DNA of 63,889 nt from Candidatus Hadarchaeota archaeon (GTDB lineage Archaea > Hadarchaeota > Hadarchaeia > Hadarchaeales > Hadarchaeaceae), in the NCBI GenBank assembly GCA_040755315.1, contig JBFMBF010000004.1, positions 1 through 63,889 on the forward strand, in the 5' to 3' direction. A program made the translations under genes and the position numbers. Positions 1 through 9,900 of the stretch are shown piece after piece. The notes beneath the pieces were generated by a model, which saw nothing but the letters and a program-made list of their open reading frames with translations, was not told where the DNA came from and searched no databases. Within the stretch, counting starts at the first letter, position 1, and each line of letters starts with the position of its first letter.

Positions 1-950
1 GGAAGTTGGTAAAAAGTCCAGTTGAAACCATGCTTTTGTCCGTCTGTATGGTTTCCGAAAACGACGGGTGGGCTGTTGGTGAAAACATTTTGAGGTGGGA
101 TGGAACAAGCTGGTCAATTGTGCCCGACCCACCTGGCTTTATTACATACTTATTTTTTTCTGTTCATATGCTTTCTGAGAATGATGGGTGGATAGCAGGG
201 GATTCCGGGAAGATTCTTAGATGGAACGGGTCAAGCTGGTCAACCGTGCCAACCCCGACCAGAGACGGGTTTCCAGATGATTACATGTCAGTTCATGCCA
301 TCTCTGAGAATGCGGCTTGGGTAGTTGCATTGGAAGGCACAATATTAAGGTGGAATGGTTTGAGATGGGAGAATGTTCCAAGTCCAGCAAACAACGGCCT
401 TAGATCGGTTTACATGTTATCCGAAAATCAGGGCTGGGCAGTTGGACACTGGGGGACGATTCTGAGGTGGAATGGATTAACTTGGTCAAAGATGTCCAGC
501 CCCACTGAAAACGAAAACGCCCAGTTCTTCTCAATTTTCATGCTTAATGAGAACAGTGGATGGGCTGTTGGAGGTGGTTATAAAGTGGGAACGATTCTAA
601 AGTGGGATGGATCGAGCTGGCTTGTTGAGCCAAACCACGCTAAAGACTTTCTCACTTCAGTTTTCATGCTTTCTGAGAATGATGGGTGGGCAGTTGGAGG
701 AAGAGAAATCCTTCACTGGGACGGGCGTGGCTGGTCCATTATCTTAGACTCATATGAGAACAATTATACATCGGCACTGACTTCAATTTACATGCTTTCG
801 CCGACGAACGGATGGGCTGTCGGGACAAATGGAATAATTTTACATTACAGTGAAACAGATGCGGTTTCGGCTTGGGCACCAATTGCGCTTGGTGCAACAA
901 TTGCAGCATTGGTTAGTTGTGCCGTGTTTTTAATCAAAAAGCGTTCTTGA
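1..950 (+). CDS. 5'-partial beta-propeller repeat protein (Ycf48/BNR-like blades) with C-terminal transmembrane anchor
   Basis: The frame is open to the window edge. Seven ~45-aa repeats have the consensus S[VI]xMLSENDGWAVG..GxILRW[DN]GxxWS. The C-terminus has a hydrophobic helix, WAPIALGATIAALVSCAVFLI, followed by KKRS. Confidence 0.6.
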   Translation, partial: KLVKSPVETMLLSVCMVSENDGWAVGENILRWDGTSWSIVPDPPGFITYLFFSVHMLSENDGWIAGDSGKILRWNGSSWSTVPTPTRDGFPDDYMSVHAISENAAWVVALEGTILRWNGLRWENVPSPANNGLRSVYMLSENQGWAVGHWGTILRWNGLTWSKMSSPTENENAQFFSIFMLNENSGWAVGGGYKVGTILKWDGSSWLVEPNHAKDFLTSVFMLSENDGWAVGGREILHWDGRGWSIILDSYENNYTSALTSIYMLSPTNGWAVGTNGIILHYSETDAVSAWAPIALGATIAALVSCAVFLIKKRS

Positions 951-1085
951 AAAATCCGGGCCGTTCGAGTACTGGAGCTCGTAGGTGACGCCCGATGGGT
1001 CTTCCACCGGCGACCATTCAAACGTCGGCGTGTTGTCGGTGGCCGAACCGTCCTCGGGTGAAATAACGTAAACCCCGCGGTCTCC
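933..1085 (-). pseudogene. possible relic of a surface-protein domain (no start codon)
   Basis: The tail of minus-strand ORF 930..1355 lies in the gap between two plus-strand genes. It reads GDRGVYVISPEDGSATDNTPTFEWSPVEDPSGVTYELQYSNGPDFS, which looks like an Ig/Fn3-like repeat (P.F.W..V.D.SGV.Y.LQ). Upstream, the ORF is antisense to the carbamoyltransferase and looks non-coding. Confidence 0.25.
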
Positions 1086-1133
1086 AAAAGTTTTTAACCG
1101 CGTCGCTTGGGGATTAATGAAGGAGGTAATGGA

Positions 1134-2156
1134 ATGGTTGAACTGTACGGGAAGGACTTCATCACGACGCAGGACTGGAGCGTCGACGAGCTGGTTTACA
1201 CAATGAACGTGGCAAGAAAGCTGAGAGAAATAGTCCACAAAAAGGACAGACCCAAGAGGGTGCTCGACCGCAGGAACTTCTTCATGATTTTCTACGCCCC
1301 GTCCACCCGCACCAGGGGGGCCTTCGAGGCCGCCACGGCGATACTTGGAGGACACCCGGCCTTCATAGACGTCTCAACGACAAGGATGGAAGAGGCCGTG
1401 AAGGACGCGGCGAAGATGTATGACGCCTACGGCGATGGCATCGGGGTAAGAATACTGGACAAATACATCGACTTTGTCTACGGCGCGGGGCTGAAGGTGG
1501 TCAAGGAGTTCGCTGACGCGGCCAAGGTACCAGTAATAAACATGGCCGACTGCACTTACCACCCGACGCAGGGCCTCGGCGACATCATGACAGTCGAGGA
1601 CAAGCTGGGGGAACTCAAGGGGAAGAAGTACACGATAACCTGGGCCTACTCAAGCAAGCCGCGCGGGAGGTGCAGCATCCAGGAAGAGGTGCTGATTGCC
1701 TCGAGGTTCGGCATGGACGTGACGTTGGCACATCCTGAAGGCTTCGACATCGACCCTGAGATAGTCAAGACCTGCAAGCAGAACGCCAAGGACTCCGGAG
1801 GGAGCTTCGAGGTGAGCAACGACTTCGAGGAGGGCCTTGAGGGGGCGAACGTGGTCTTCCCGAGGAGCTGGGGGACGAACGAGTTCCTGAGGGTCGGAGC
1901 TTCAAAGTTCGGCATGGACAAGGAGGCAGCTATCTACAGCAAATACAAGGACTGGAGGCTGGAGATGCGCCACGTGAAGGACCTGATGGCGAAGCCCGCC
2001 TTCGTGACCCACGTTCTCCCCGTGATGCGGGGGGAGGAGGCCACGAACGCGGTCATGGACAGCCCGAACTCCATAATCTACACTCAGGCCGACGACAACT
2101 TCTTCGCCAAGATGGCCTCGCTCGCCGTGACGATGTCCCGGGAGCCGCCAGTCTGA
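1134..2156 (+). CDS. ATCase/OTCase-family carbamoyltransferase, non-canonical paralog (second substrate unknown)
   Basis: Carbamoyl-phosphate motif FYAPSTRTRGAFE, and HPTQ (CTYHPTQGLGD). HVLP replaces HCLP, and there is no DxxxSMG ornithine motif. ATG 1134 follows AGGAGGT at 1121..1127; the ORF track starts at TTG 1107. Confidence 0.8.
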   Translation: MVELYGKDFITTQDWSVDELVYTMNVARKLREIVHKKDRPKRVLDRRNFFMIFYAPSTRTRGAFEAATAILGGHPAFIDVSTTRMEEAVKDAAKMYDAYGDGIGVRILDKYIDFVYGAGLKVVKEFADAAKVPVINMADCTYHPTQGLGDIMTVEDKLGELKGKKYTITWAYSSKPRGRCSIQEEVLIASRFGMDVTLAHPEGFDIDPEIVKTCKQNAKDSGGSFEVSNDFEEGLEGANVVFPRSWGTNEFLRVGASKFGMDKEAAIYSKYKDWRLEMRHVKDLMAKPAFVTHVLPVMRGEEATNAVMDSPNSIIYTQADDNFFAKMASLAVTMSREPPV

Positions 2157-2200
2157 CGGCGCCCTGATTTAAGCCGGGGCTGAGATGTGGATTTGAGCCC

Positions 2201-3478
2201 ATGCCGAAGAAAGCAGCTGCGAGAAAGAAGGGGGCATACCCAGGGCCGTGGTGGCTCGGCACCCTCATAGTCTACGTGTGTATGCTGAGCACGATGCTCC
2301 TTGTGGGCCTGCTGAGTTCATCTCTGGGCTTCGCGAGTGCCACGGGAAGCATGGAAGTTCTGGTGGACGACAACGTTGTAGCGTCGGCGGTGAATGCTGG
2401 GGGGTGGGACTGGCTTGAAATCAACACCAAAGTTTCGGATTGGAGTGGGCAGCACAATATAACAATCAGGTGGATCACTGTTGACGGCACTCTTGGCTCA
2501 GTTGACTTTGACAACCTCCGCCTTGGCGACAACCTCCTCGAAGACTTTGAGACGGACCCGACAACAAACATGAACGGCTGGGTTTACTCCGAAAACGATA
2601 CGAACAACACCATTGCTGTCCAAAGGCAGTCAGAAATGGTGGCGAGCGGAGCCTACGGCTGGGCGTTCACAGCCCCCTCAAACACTGCGGCCGGAAATTC
2701 CGTCCAAATCACGAAAAGGTTCGAGTTCACGGGCTCGGAAAACCTTCGCCTGTGGACCTGGGCGTCGTGGGACATGAGAGAAGTCTCCGATGTCATCTCA
2801 CACATCGCGACCTACTCAGTGGCGCTGATTATAGTGTTTCTCCATGTGACCAGGTTCGAAAGGAAGAAGTTCTGGCCTTCAGTCGGGGTGAGGCGCGAGG
2901 GCATGATGTCAAGCGTCATCTGGGTCTTCGCCCTCTCGGTCATCTTCACAGGGATTCTCTACATTTACTGGGGTGTTGTGAGCGCCGTGATGGGGGGCGA
3001 CCCCCAGCAGGCCATCAGGGGCTTCTTCGCCCCCGGGCCGGACTGGTACTTTATCTACCTGAGCTTCGCTTTCTTCTTCCCGGTCGCGTTCACTGAAGAG
3101 TTGGTCTTCCGCGGCTTCACGCTTGAGAGGTTCTCCGCTAAGGGCGCCGTGAAGGGAGTAATCCTTGGCGCCTTCCTATTCTCCTCGCTGCACCTCTGGT
3201 ACGCGTCGTTCGGGGGCGCGGCCCTTCCACTCTACGGCGGCCTCTTCCTAGTGGCGGTGTGGTGGGGGATAGTTTACCAGAAGACCAGGAACATCTTCGG
3301 CCTTGTCATCTTCCACGGGCTTTTCAACCTTGGGACAGCGGTGGAGCACTTCTGGGTGTGGGGGCGGGTGATACTCGAGTCCTCGATGTTCATCATAGGC
3401 GTGAGCTGCCTCGGGTATCTGACTTTCAAATACCTCCGGGGGCTGTTCGCCGAGATGGAAGCTCTAGTCAAAAGGTAG
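2201..3478 (+). CDS. CPBP (CAAX/Abi) family intramembrane metalloprotease with N-terminal TM and extracytoplasmic beta-rich domain
   Basis: CPBP motifs FTEELVFRGF (EExxxR), FSSLH and FHGLFN sit in the polytopic C-terminal half. The N-terminal half has a basic stretch, a TM and a ~150-aa ectodomain. Confidence 0.75.
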   Translation: MPKKAAARKKGAYPGPWWLGTLIVYVCMLSTMLLVGLLSSSLGFASATGSMEVLVDDNVVASAVNAGGWDWLEINTKVSDWSGQHNITIRWITVDGTLGSVDFDNLRLGDNLLEDFETDPTTNMNGWVYSENDTNNTIAVQRQSEMVASGAYGWAFTAPSNTAAGNSVQITKRFEFTGSENLRLWTWASWDMREVSDVISHIATYSVALIIVFLHVTRFERKKFWPSVGVRREGMMSSVIWVFALSVIFTGILYIYWGVVSAVMGGDPQQAIRGFFAPGPDWYFIYLSFAFFFPVAFTEELVFRGFTLERFSAKGAVKGVILGAFLFSSLHLWYASFGGAALPLYGGLFLVAVWWGIVYQKTRNIFGLVIFHGLFNLGTAVEHFWVWGRVILESSMFIIGVSCLGYLTFKYLRGLFAEMEALVKR

Positions 3479-6400
3479 ATTTGGAAATGCGCCTCGATCC
3501 GACCGAGATGTACCTCCAAATAACCACCAGTATCACGGCAATGAGTGCTACGGCCGCTACTGCCACCAAGTACACTGGAGGAATCTGAACAGTTGGGACT
3601 GTGGGCAGCGCCGCCGGACTTTTGGTCACCGCAAATGTAGAGAATCCCGGCGTGAACACCTCAATATAAACGTAGTTCTCGTCCTCCCCTGTCTTGCTTG
3701 CGCTCAGCTTGACCCAGTTGTCCTCGAACCTGTAAACATTCACTCCACTCGCGTCTATGTTTAGCTCCTGCAGCCTTGACCTAGACAACCTGATGATGAA
3801 AGACTGCCCGTTGGCGTTCTCGACATTAATTGTGATGTAGGATATCGCTTCTTCAGAAGGGGCCGGTACCCCTGCGGGGGTCTCGGTCTCCTCAGTGACG
3901 GACATAACTGGGGACGCTGCATTTTCCGCTGCCACCCTGACCGCCTTCAGTGACGGAATGTTGCGCCCAGAGAGGTCCACTGCCGTCGCCTGCCCAGCGC
4001 TGAGCACCCCCACCGGCTGCCTCACAAAACCACTGAGGGCGGGCGCGGTAGCCTGGAACTGCTTGTAGCTGTAAACCCCTGTGACATGGAAGTCTGCATC
4101 CATCCAGCCTGCGAGCGGAACCCTCGTTTCACCTACGTCATACCAAAACTCTTCCCCAGAACTCTGGTCGAGCAGCAATATGCCCACCATCATGCTGCCC
4201 CCCACGTTCCTGCTGTATATCTTCCAGCCGTCAAACTCCAGCTTCACGCTCTGCGTCCCAGACTGCAAAGAGACGTTCTTCACCTCCCTGTCTATGAATT
4301 CCCCGCTGTCGCTAATCAGGGCACCAAGAATACTGAAGCTTCCCGCCGTCCGAACATCCAGATTGACTTCCACAGCCAGCTTGTTGTATACCCCGTCGCC
4401 GTCCGTGTCCTCACCGTAATCGGAGTGGGGCGGGGAAATCACCGCGGCGGACTGTTCAAAAGATGTGTACTGGTATGCCGTGCTCGTTGTGTAAAAATCC
4501 ATGTCTGAATTGAACCATGTCCTGAAGTTGTCGACTATCGTGAGCGATATCTGATAAGGTCCGTTCTGGCCAGACTGATAAATCAGTCCTCCAGGGAAGC
4601 GGAGCTGGACAGTCTGGCCGTCGCCGACCCCGAGGGTGACTCGCTCCATCGCCATTATCGGCGCATACCTTGCGGTGGCTGCAGCAACTTTCACGGCGGT
4701 AGTTTGAACGTTAGCCGTCACGTCTGAACCACCGCCAGAAGAAGTTGACGAAGTTGTGGCGGTCTCGGCGGCGGCCTCAAGGTAATAAGAGGGTGTGATT
4801 GTGCCGACAATCAAGTATGTTCCGGCCGTCTTCACGTCCACCTTGACATCCACAGCCAGATACTCGAACAGGTTGTCACTGTCGGTGCTCAAACCCTGAT
4901 CAGAGTGCGGCGGCGAGAAGGATATGGGTGGAGCCTGGAAGTCCGTGTAGTTGTAGGATGCAGTGGTGTGGACATCGTAACCGAGCCAGTTCCAGTCCCC
5001 ATCGCTCAACGACATCGTCACCTGGTAGGGGCCGCTGATGCCCGAGCGGTAAATCTTCGTTCCTTCGAAGAGTAGCTGAATCATCTGCACCCCAGCTGAC
5101 AGTTCCACCTCCGTCCAGGCATCGGCCACATAACCACCATAAATTGGAACGGCTCTGCCGGAGACCGCGACAGTTGAATAAGTTGTCGATGACCCGGAGG
5201 ATGAGGCCGTCGTGGACGCTGCCTCTGCAAATGTCGTTGTTGTTGACGCCGTTGCGGTCGGCATTGGAGCCGTTGACACCGCGGAATACAACTCAGTGGC
5301 GCCGCCTCCCATCAAGGCCCCGCTGAGCCTGTATTTCCCAGGAGTGGTCACGCTGACCAGCGCGTTCACCGCAAGGTAGTTGTGTTTGCCGTCGCCGTCC
5401 GTGTCCGTCCCCTGGTCAGAGTGGGGCGGGGAAAACTGCGCGGCCGGCGGCTGGAACTGGGTGTGCTGGTAGGTGCCGGTGGTGTGTGTCCCGTAGTCGG
5501 ACGTGGCCCACTCCCAGCTGTAAACATTCTGGTCCGTACCGTGGGGACCGTAAACATTCAACTGCACGGTGTATGGACCGTTTATCCCTGCCTGCCGTAT
5601 GCGCGACCCGTTGAAGAGGAGTCGTACGGTTTGGGAACCTGTGGAGAGTTCGGCTTCATTCCAGGCGTAATCTATGTAAGCTCCGTAGTAGGACGCGACT
5701 GTTTCAGTCGCTCCGCCGGATGACGTGGAAGAAGATGTAGCCGTGGTGTCAGTGGCGGCGAAGGAGGCTGTCGAATCAGCCACGACAGTGTTTGAAATGC
5801 TTACTTGGGCTAACTCGCTGGTCAAACTTCCGCTGATGCTGTATTTCCCTGCCTTTGTGACGCTCAAATTAACGTCCACGGCGAGGTAGTCATAGTAGCC
5901 GTCTCCATTGCTGTCAACGCCAGAGTCGGAGTGCGGCGGAGACAGCGCCACGGCAGGGCTCTGGAAGGTAGTGTAATCATAGGCGGTCGTTGTATAGGTG
6001 GCGCTTTCTATCCATTCGTAGTCTTTCTGGAGTGAGAGGTTAACGGTGTATGGGCCATTCAATTTGGACTGCCTTATCCTAGAACCGTCAAATCTGAGTT
6101 TCACCGACTGGCTGCCTGTTGAGAGCTCTTCCTCAACCCACGCGGAATCTATGTACGTGTAGCCCCTGTATGCCGTGCCAGCCGTGAGTATGTCATAGTT
6201 CTCATAGCTGCCGCCCGAAAGTGACCCACTCAAGCTGTACTTCCCCGCCGTGACGACGTTCAGGTTGACCGTGACCTCCAGATAATCGTGGAGGCCGTCG
6301 CCATCGGTGTCCGCGCCTGAATCGCTGTGGGGCGGGGAAAACCCGGTCAAAGCCCGTCCGAACTGAGTGTAATTGTAAGCCGAGGTCGTGTGCTCTCCAT

Positions 6401-6938
6401 ATGCGTAGGAGTAGTAAGTTTCGTCGTAGATGTAAAAGCTCACAATGTACGGGCCATTTATTTGGGCGCGCTTTACCGCCTGGCCGTCGAAGTAAAGTTG
6501 AATCGTCTGGACGCCGGCTGACAGTGAGGCCTCCTGCCAGACGCTGCTGATGTAGTTACCGTATCCAGTGTAAGTGTAATCGCCGTATGTGTAAGTTGTC
6601 ATTCCACCGTAAAGTGAGCCTCCCAAGTAAAACTTGCCCGCCCTCTCGACGTTGACATTCAAATCAATAACTAAGTAGTCATTGAGGCCGTCGCCGTCGT
6701 TGTCGAGACCCCGGTCGGAGTGCGGTGGGGAAAATGAAACCAGATTTGTCACATATTCTGATGTTGCTCCCGATGTCGATGTTGTTAGATTCTCTGATGT
6801 TGTCGTGATAGAAGACGCGCTGCTGACGCTCGATGCATTCTCGGCTGAGACTGGCGGGGCGACAGCTGCCGCCCACGAAAGAACCAGCGCCAGTACTATT
6901 AAAGTCCCGGAAAACTTTTTTGACATCTGCTCTGACAT
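3468..6938 (-). CDS. large secreted repeat surface protein (6 modules, PGF-pre-PGF-like domain, C-terminal TM anchor)
   Basis: Signal peptide ..LIVLALVLSWAAAVAPPVSA. Six modules open with [FLI]SPPHSDxGxDxDGDGxxDYLxVxVNLxV..AGKY and close with NGPYxV....Y.YT.F. Ser/Thr/Ala-rich inserts are present. The C-terminus has ..YRFEDNWVKL..GEDENYVYIEVFTPGFSTFAV followed by a TM helix. Confidence 0.8.
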   Translation of the reverse strand: MSEQMSKKFSGTLIVLALVLSWAAAVAPPVSAENASSVSSASSITTTSENLTTSTSGATSEYVTNLVSFSPPHSDRGLDNDGDGLNDYLVIDLNVNVERAGKFYLGGSLYGGMTTYTYGDYTYTGYGNYISSVWQEASLSAGVQTIQLYFDGQAVKRAQINGPYIVSFYIYDETYYSYAYGEHTTSAYNYTQFGRALTGFSPPHSDSGADTDGDGLHDYLEVTVNLNVVTAGKYSLSGSLSGGSYENYDILTAGTAYRGYTYIDSAWVEEELSTGSQSVKLRFDGSRIRQSKLNGPYTVNLSLQKDYEWIESATYTTTAYDYTTFQSPAVALSPPHSDSGVDSNGDGYYDYLAVDVNLSVTKAGKYSISGSLTSELAQVSISNTVVADSTASFAATDTTATSSSTSSGGATETVASYYGAYIDYAWNEAELSTGSQTVRLLFNGSRIRQAGINGPYTVQLNVYGPHGTDQNVYSWEWATSDYGTHTTGTYQHTQFQPPAAQFSPPHSDQGTDTDGDGKHNYLAVNALVSVTTPGKYRLSGALMGGGATELYSAVSTAPMPTATASTTTTFAEAASTTASSSGSSTTYSTVAVSGRAVPIYGGYVADAWTEVELSAGVQMIQLLFEGTKIYRSGISGPYQVTMSLSDGDWNWLGYDVHTTASYNYTDFQAPPISFSPPHSDQGLSTDSDNLFEYLAVDVKVDVKTAGTYLIVGTITPSYYLEAAAETATTSSTSSGGGSDVTANVQTTAVKVAAATARYAPIMAMERVTLGVGDGQTVQLRFPGGLIYQSGQNGPYQISLTIVDNFRTWFNSDMDFYTTSTAYQYTSFEQSAAVISPPHSDYGEDTDGDGVYNKLAVEVNLDVRTAGSFSILGALISDSGEFIDREVKNVSLQSGTQSVKLEFDGWKIYSRNVGGSMMVGILLLDQSSGEEFWYDVGETRVPLAGWMDADFHVTGVYSYKQFQATAPALSGFVRQPVGVLSAGQATAVDLSGRNIPSLKAVRVAAENAASPVMSVTEETETPAGVPAPSEEAISYITINVENANGQSFIIRLSRSRLQELNIDASGVNVYRFEDNWVKLSASKTGEDENYVYIEVFTPGFSTFAVTKSPAALPTVPTVQIPPVYLVAVAAVALIAVILVVIWRYISVGSRRISKSTF

Positions 6939-6952
6939 AGTCTCCCCAGAAT

Positions 6953-9900
6953 TTATATTTTCCTACGGGCCTCCTGTTTCGCAAGTCCGCGGGTACCTAT
7001 GGAGATGTACCGCCATATCACTGCCAGAATGACCGCCACAAGGACTATCGCGGTTATTATCACAAGATACACCGGCGGGATCTGGACTGTCGGCAGGGTG
7101 GGCAGAGTAGGCGTGATTCCAGGGCCAGCCGTTGTTGCCCCCGCCTTCGAGCCTGAAACTGCAAAGACCGAGAAGCCAGGGGTGGTAGCCGTGAAGTAGA
7201 TGTAGTTGTCGTCCTCGCCGCTCTTCTCGGTGGCCAATGTTTGCCAGCCGGCGGAGGTGTATCTCTTCAGAACAATCGTGGTTATGTCTATGTTCTCCCG
7301 GGAAACCCATGACTTCTCCACCCTGAAGGTGACGAGAGCGGAGCTGATGTCGGAGTTGGGGAGTTTCTCCGCGAGAATCTCAAGGTAAGTGTAAACAGTC
7401 CCGTCCGGGGTTTCTATCTGGGGCGGCTTGTCTATCAGTTGCTTGACTTTCAGGACAATGTTTGAAACTTCTTTGGATACGCTGACGACAATCTGCGTGA
7501 TACTCGTCTCGGAGATTTCTAATACCGCAGGCGCATCTATGTTTATTTTTGAGGCGTAGACCTCCGGAGCAGTTATTGAAACCAAATCTTGGGTGACTGT
7601 TACAAGAGGCGCAACAACGAGCGAGGATGTTTGTCCGGCTATTTGTATGACAAACGTCCCCGTGGCGGTTGGGACGACCTCAAAGCTCACGTTCTGCGAT
7701 TCTCCCGCGGCGAGCGTCAAGTCCCTCGTTTCCATAATCTGGTTGTCCAAACTCAGAATCACCGTGTAAGTCCCGGAAGCACCCCCGGAGTTCCTTATCG
7801 TGAATGTAATGGTGGCTTTTTCCCAGATTTTTATCGAGTCGGGGATGTTGAAGACGCTGAACTCAAATGTCGCCTGGGGCGTTAAGGTTTGCGCGCCGGG
7901 GGGACCGCCTGGCGGGGGGGGCGGAGGAGGTGACTCCTCGCCTTGGGATACTTTCCCTATTATCACAAACCATGAAAAGCCCGGAGTGTTCGCGGAGTAG
8001 TAATAGTACTCGTTGTCCTCGTTCTCCAGAGTGGTTTCCAAGGCTTCCCACACACCCATGTTCTCGTTGTAATGCATCAGATTCAAGTTGTCCGGGTCGA
8101 GGTTGAGGGCAGCTATGACAGACTTTTTAACCTTGAAGTGGATGGTGGCCGTGCGGACATTTTCAGAACCAATCATCGTGATGTCGAGATATCCAAGCGA
8201 TGTGCCAGTGGGGGACGGCGCGCCGGGAGGCTTGTTCTCGTGCTCGGTGACGTCCATCTTCGCTCCGGTGAGGTTGTCCCTCGCGGTGATGTCCACTCTC
8301 ATGACGTTGTTCATATCGTTGTCCTCCACATCCACGGTAGCCGTCTGCCCTGCAGGCACTGTGGGGACGGGCAGGTCGGCCGCAATCGCGAACTTGCCTG
8401 TTTTTGTTGGCTTGAAGCTGGTGTATGAATAGAAGTTAGTCTCATAAGCGGGGATTGTCAGGTCCAGCACAGCGTTGCTCTCGTTGAGCAGAACTATCTC
8501 GGCGTACATCTTTCCTTGGACATTGTTCTTGACAACTCCATACCCGTCAAAGCGCAGCGTGACCTCCCTGTCGCCCGCCGTGAGGTAGACTCTGTTCTCC
8601 CTCCAGTCGATCGGCTGCCGCTCCATGGCGCTCCAATTCTCGTACCAAATCTGCCCCGCCAAAGTGAATGTGCCGTTCTCCTTTATCTTCACCCGAACCT
8701 TGATCTCTATGAAATCAAACCTGTTGTCGTTGTCCGAGGGATTGTTGTCTATGCCGTAGTCCGAGTGGGGCGGGTTCAGTTCCGCAATCGGTTGCTCGAA
8801 CTGGTTGTAGGTGTAGGCTGGCGTGGTTGCCTCGGTGCGCGTGATTGGGTTGAAATTGTTATCAAACAGACCTATGCCGACAAAGTACGGACCATTTTCC
8901 CTAGAGCTGTATATTCGAGAGGCGTCAAATGTCAGCTGGACTATCTGGTTGTCTCCGGCGCTGAGATTGACCTCGGTGATGGCAAAGCTCATGAACCGAT
9001 CCGGGCCTCCCCACTGGGACATTGTTGCTATCACTCCTCCAATCCTGTAATTGCCGGCCCTGTTGACCTTCACCCTGATGTTCTCCACAAGATAGTTGTA
9101 CAGCCCATCGTTGTCTGTGTCCAGCGCTGAAGTGGCGTGCGGAGAGGAGAACTCTATTGAGGGCGCCTGGAAGTTGTTGTAGTTGAAGCCAGCGATGTCT
9201 ATTTTGTTTTCGCCATACCATTCCCAGTTGGGCCCGTAGAGAAAGACCTTGACTTCGTACGGGGCGTTTTCACCGCTGTTGTATATCTGCGGGCCGCGAA
9301 AGAGGAGCGTGACAGTCGGAGTCCCGGCGCTCAGGTAGACACTGGTCTCGGCCCAGTCTATCCACTTGCGGTCCCACGGGTTCGCGCCGACCTGCTTGGA
9401 AAGGTCGGCGAAAATCCTGTATGTGCCTGCGGTCGTTATGTTGAGATTGACATTGGCCGCCAGATATTCGTATTTAGTATCGCCGTCATTGTCTACGCCG
9501 GCGTAAGTGTGGCCAGTTCCAAAGGCGGCGGGCGGCTGGACGAAGCCTGACGGGCTGTAGCTGCCGCTCAGGAAATATTCTTTCCACCCCAGCCACTGCC
9601 AGTTTGCTCCCAAGAGATTGAAATTGGCCCTGCTCGGGGTCTTCCCGCTGACCCGGATCTGCTGCCCACTGAACCTCAGCCTGACTTCGTTGTCGCTTGT
9701 GGTGAGGTACAACGTGTTTTCGGCCCAGCCGATGAAGTCCCAGGTGGAGGAGTTCAAGGAACCGTTGACTGTGTAGATCCCATTCTCCTTCACTTTGACT
9801 TTCACAACCACTACCAAGTAGTCATTGTCGGCGGCGCCACCTGTGTCTTCAGCGTAATCGCTGTGACCGCTGTCCTCTATGTAGGCGGCCGGCTCCTCGA

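Noticed and set aside
6679-7032. ORFs on both strands spanning the 14-nt junction between the two giant genes
   Set aside because: They overlap the signal-peptide region of one gene and the anchor region of the other. Their translations are low in complexity, and the junction is better explained as a simple intercistronic gap.
8516-9130. 204-aa plus-strand ORF, with several 60-140 aa ORFs on both strands, inside the giant surface-protein genes
   Set aside because: They are antisense or off-frame to a continuous 1755-aa repeat protein with a signal peptide and anchor. Their translations are Val/Arg/Gly-rich and have no structure I can recognise.
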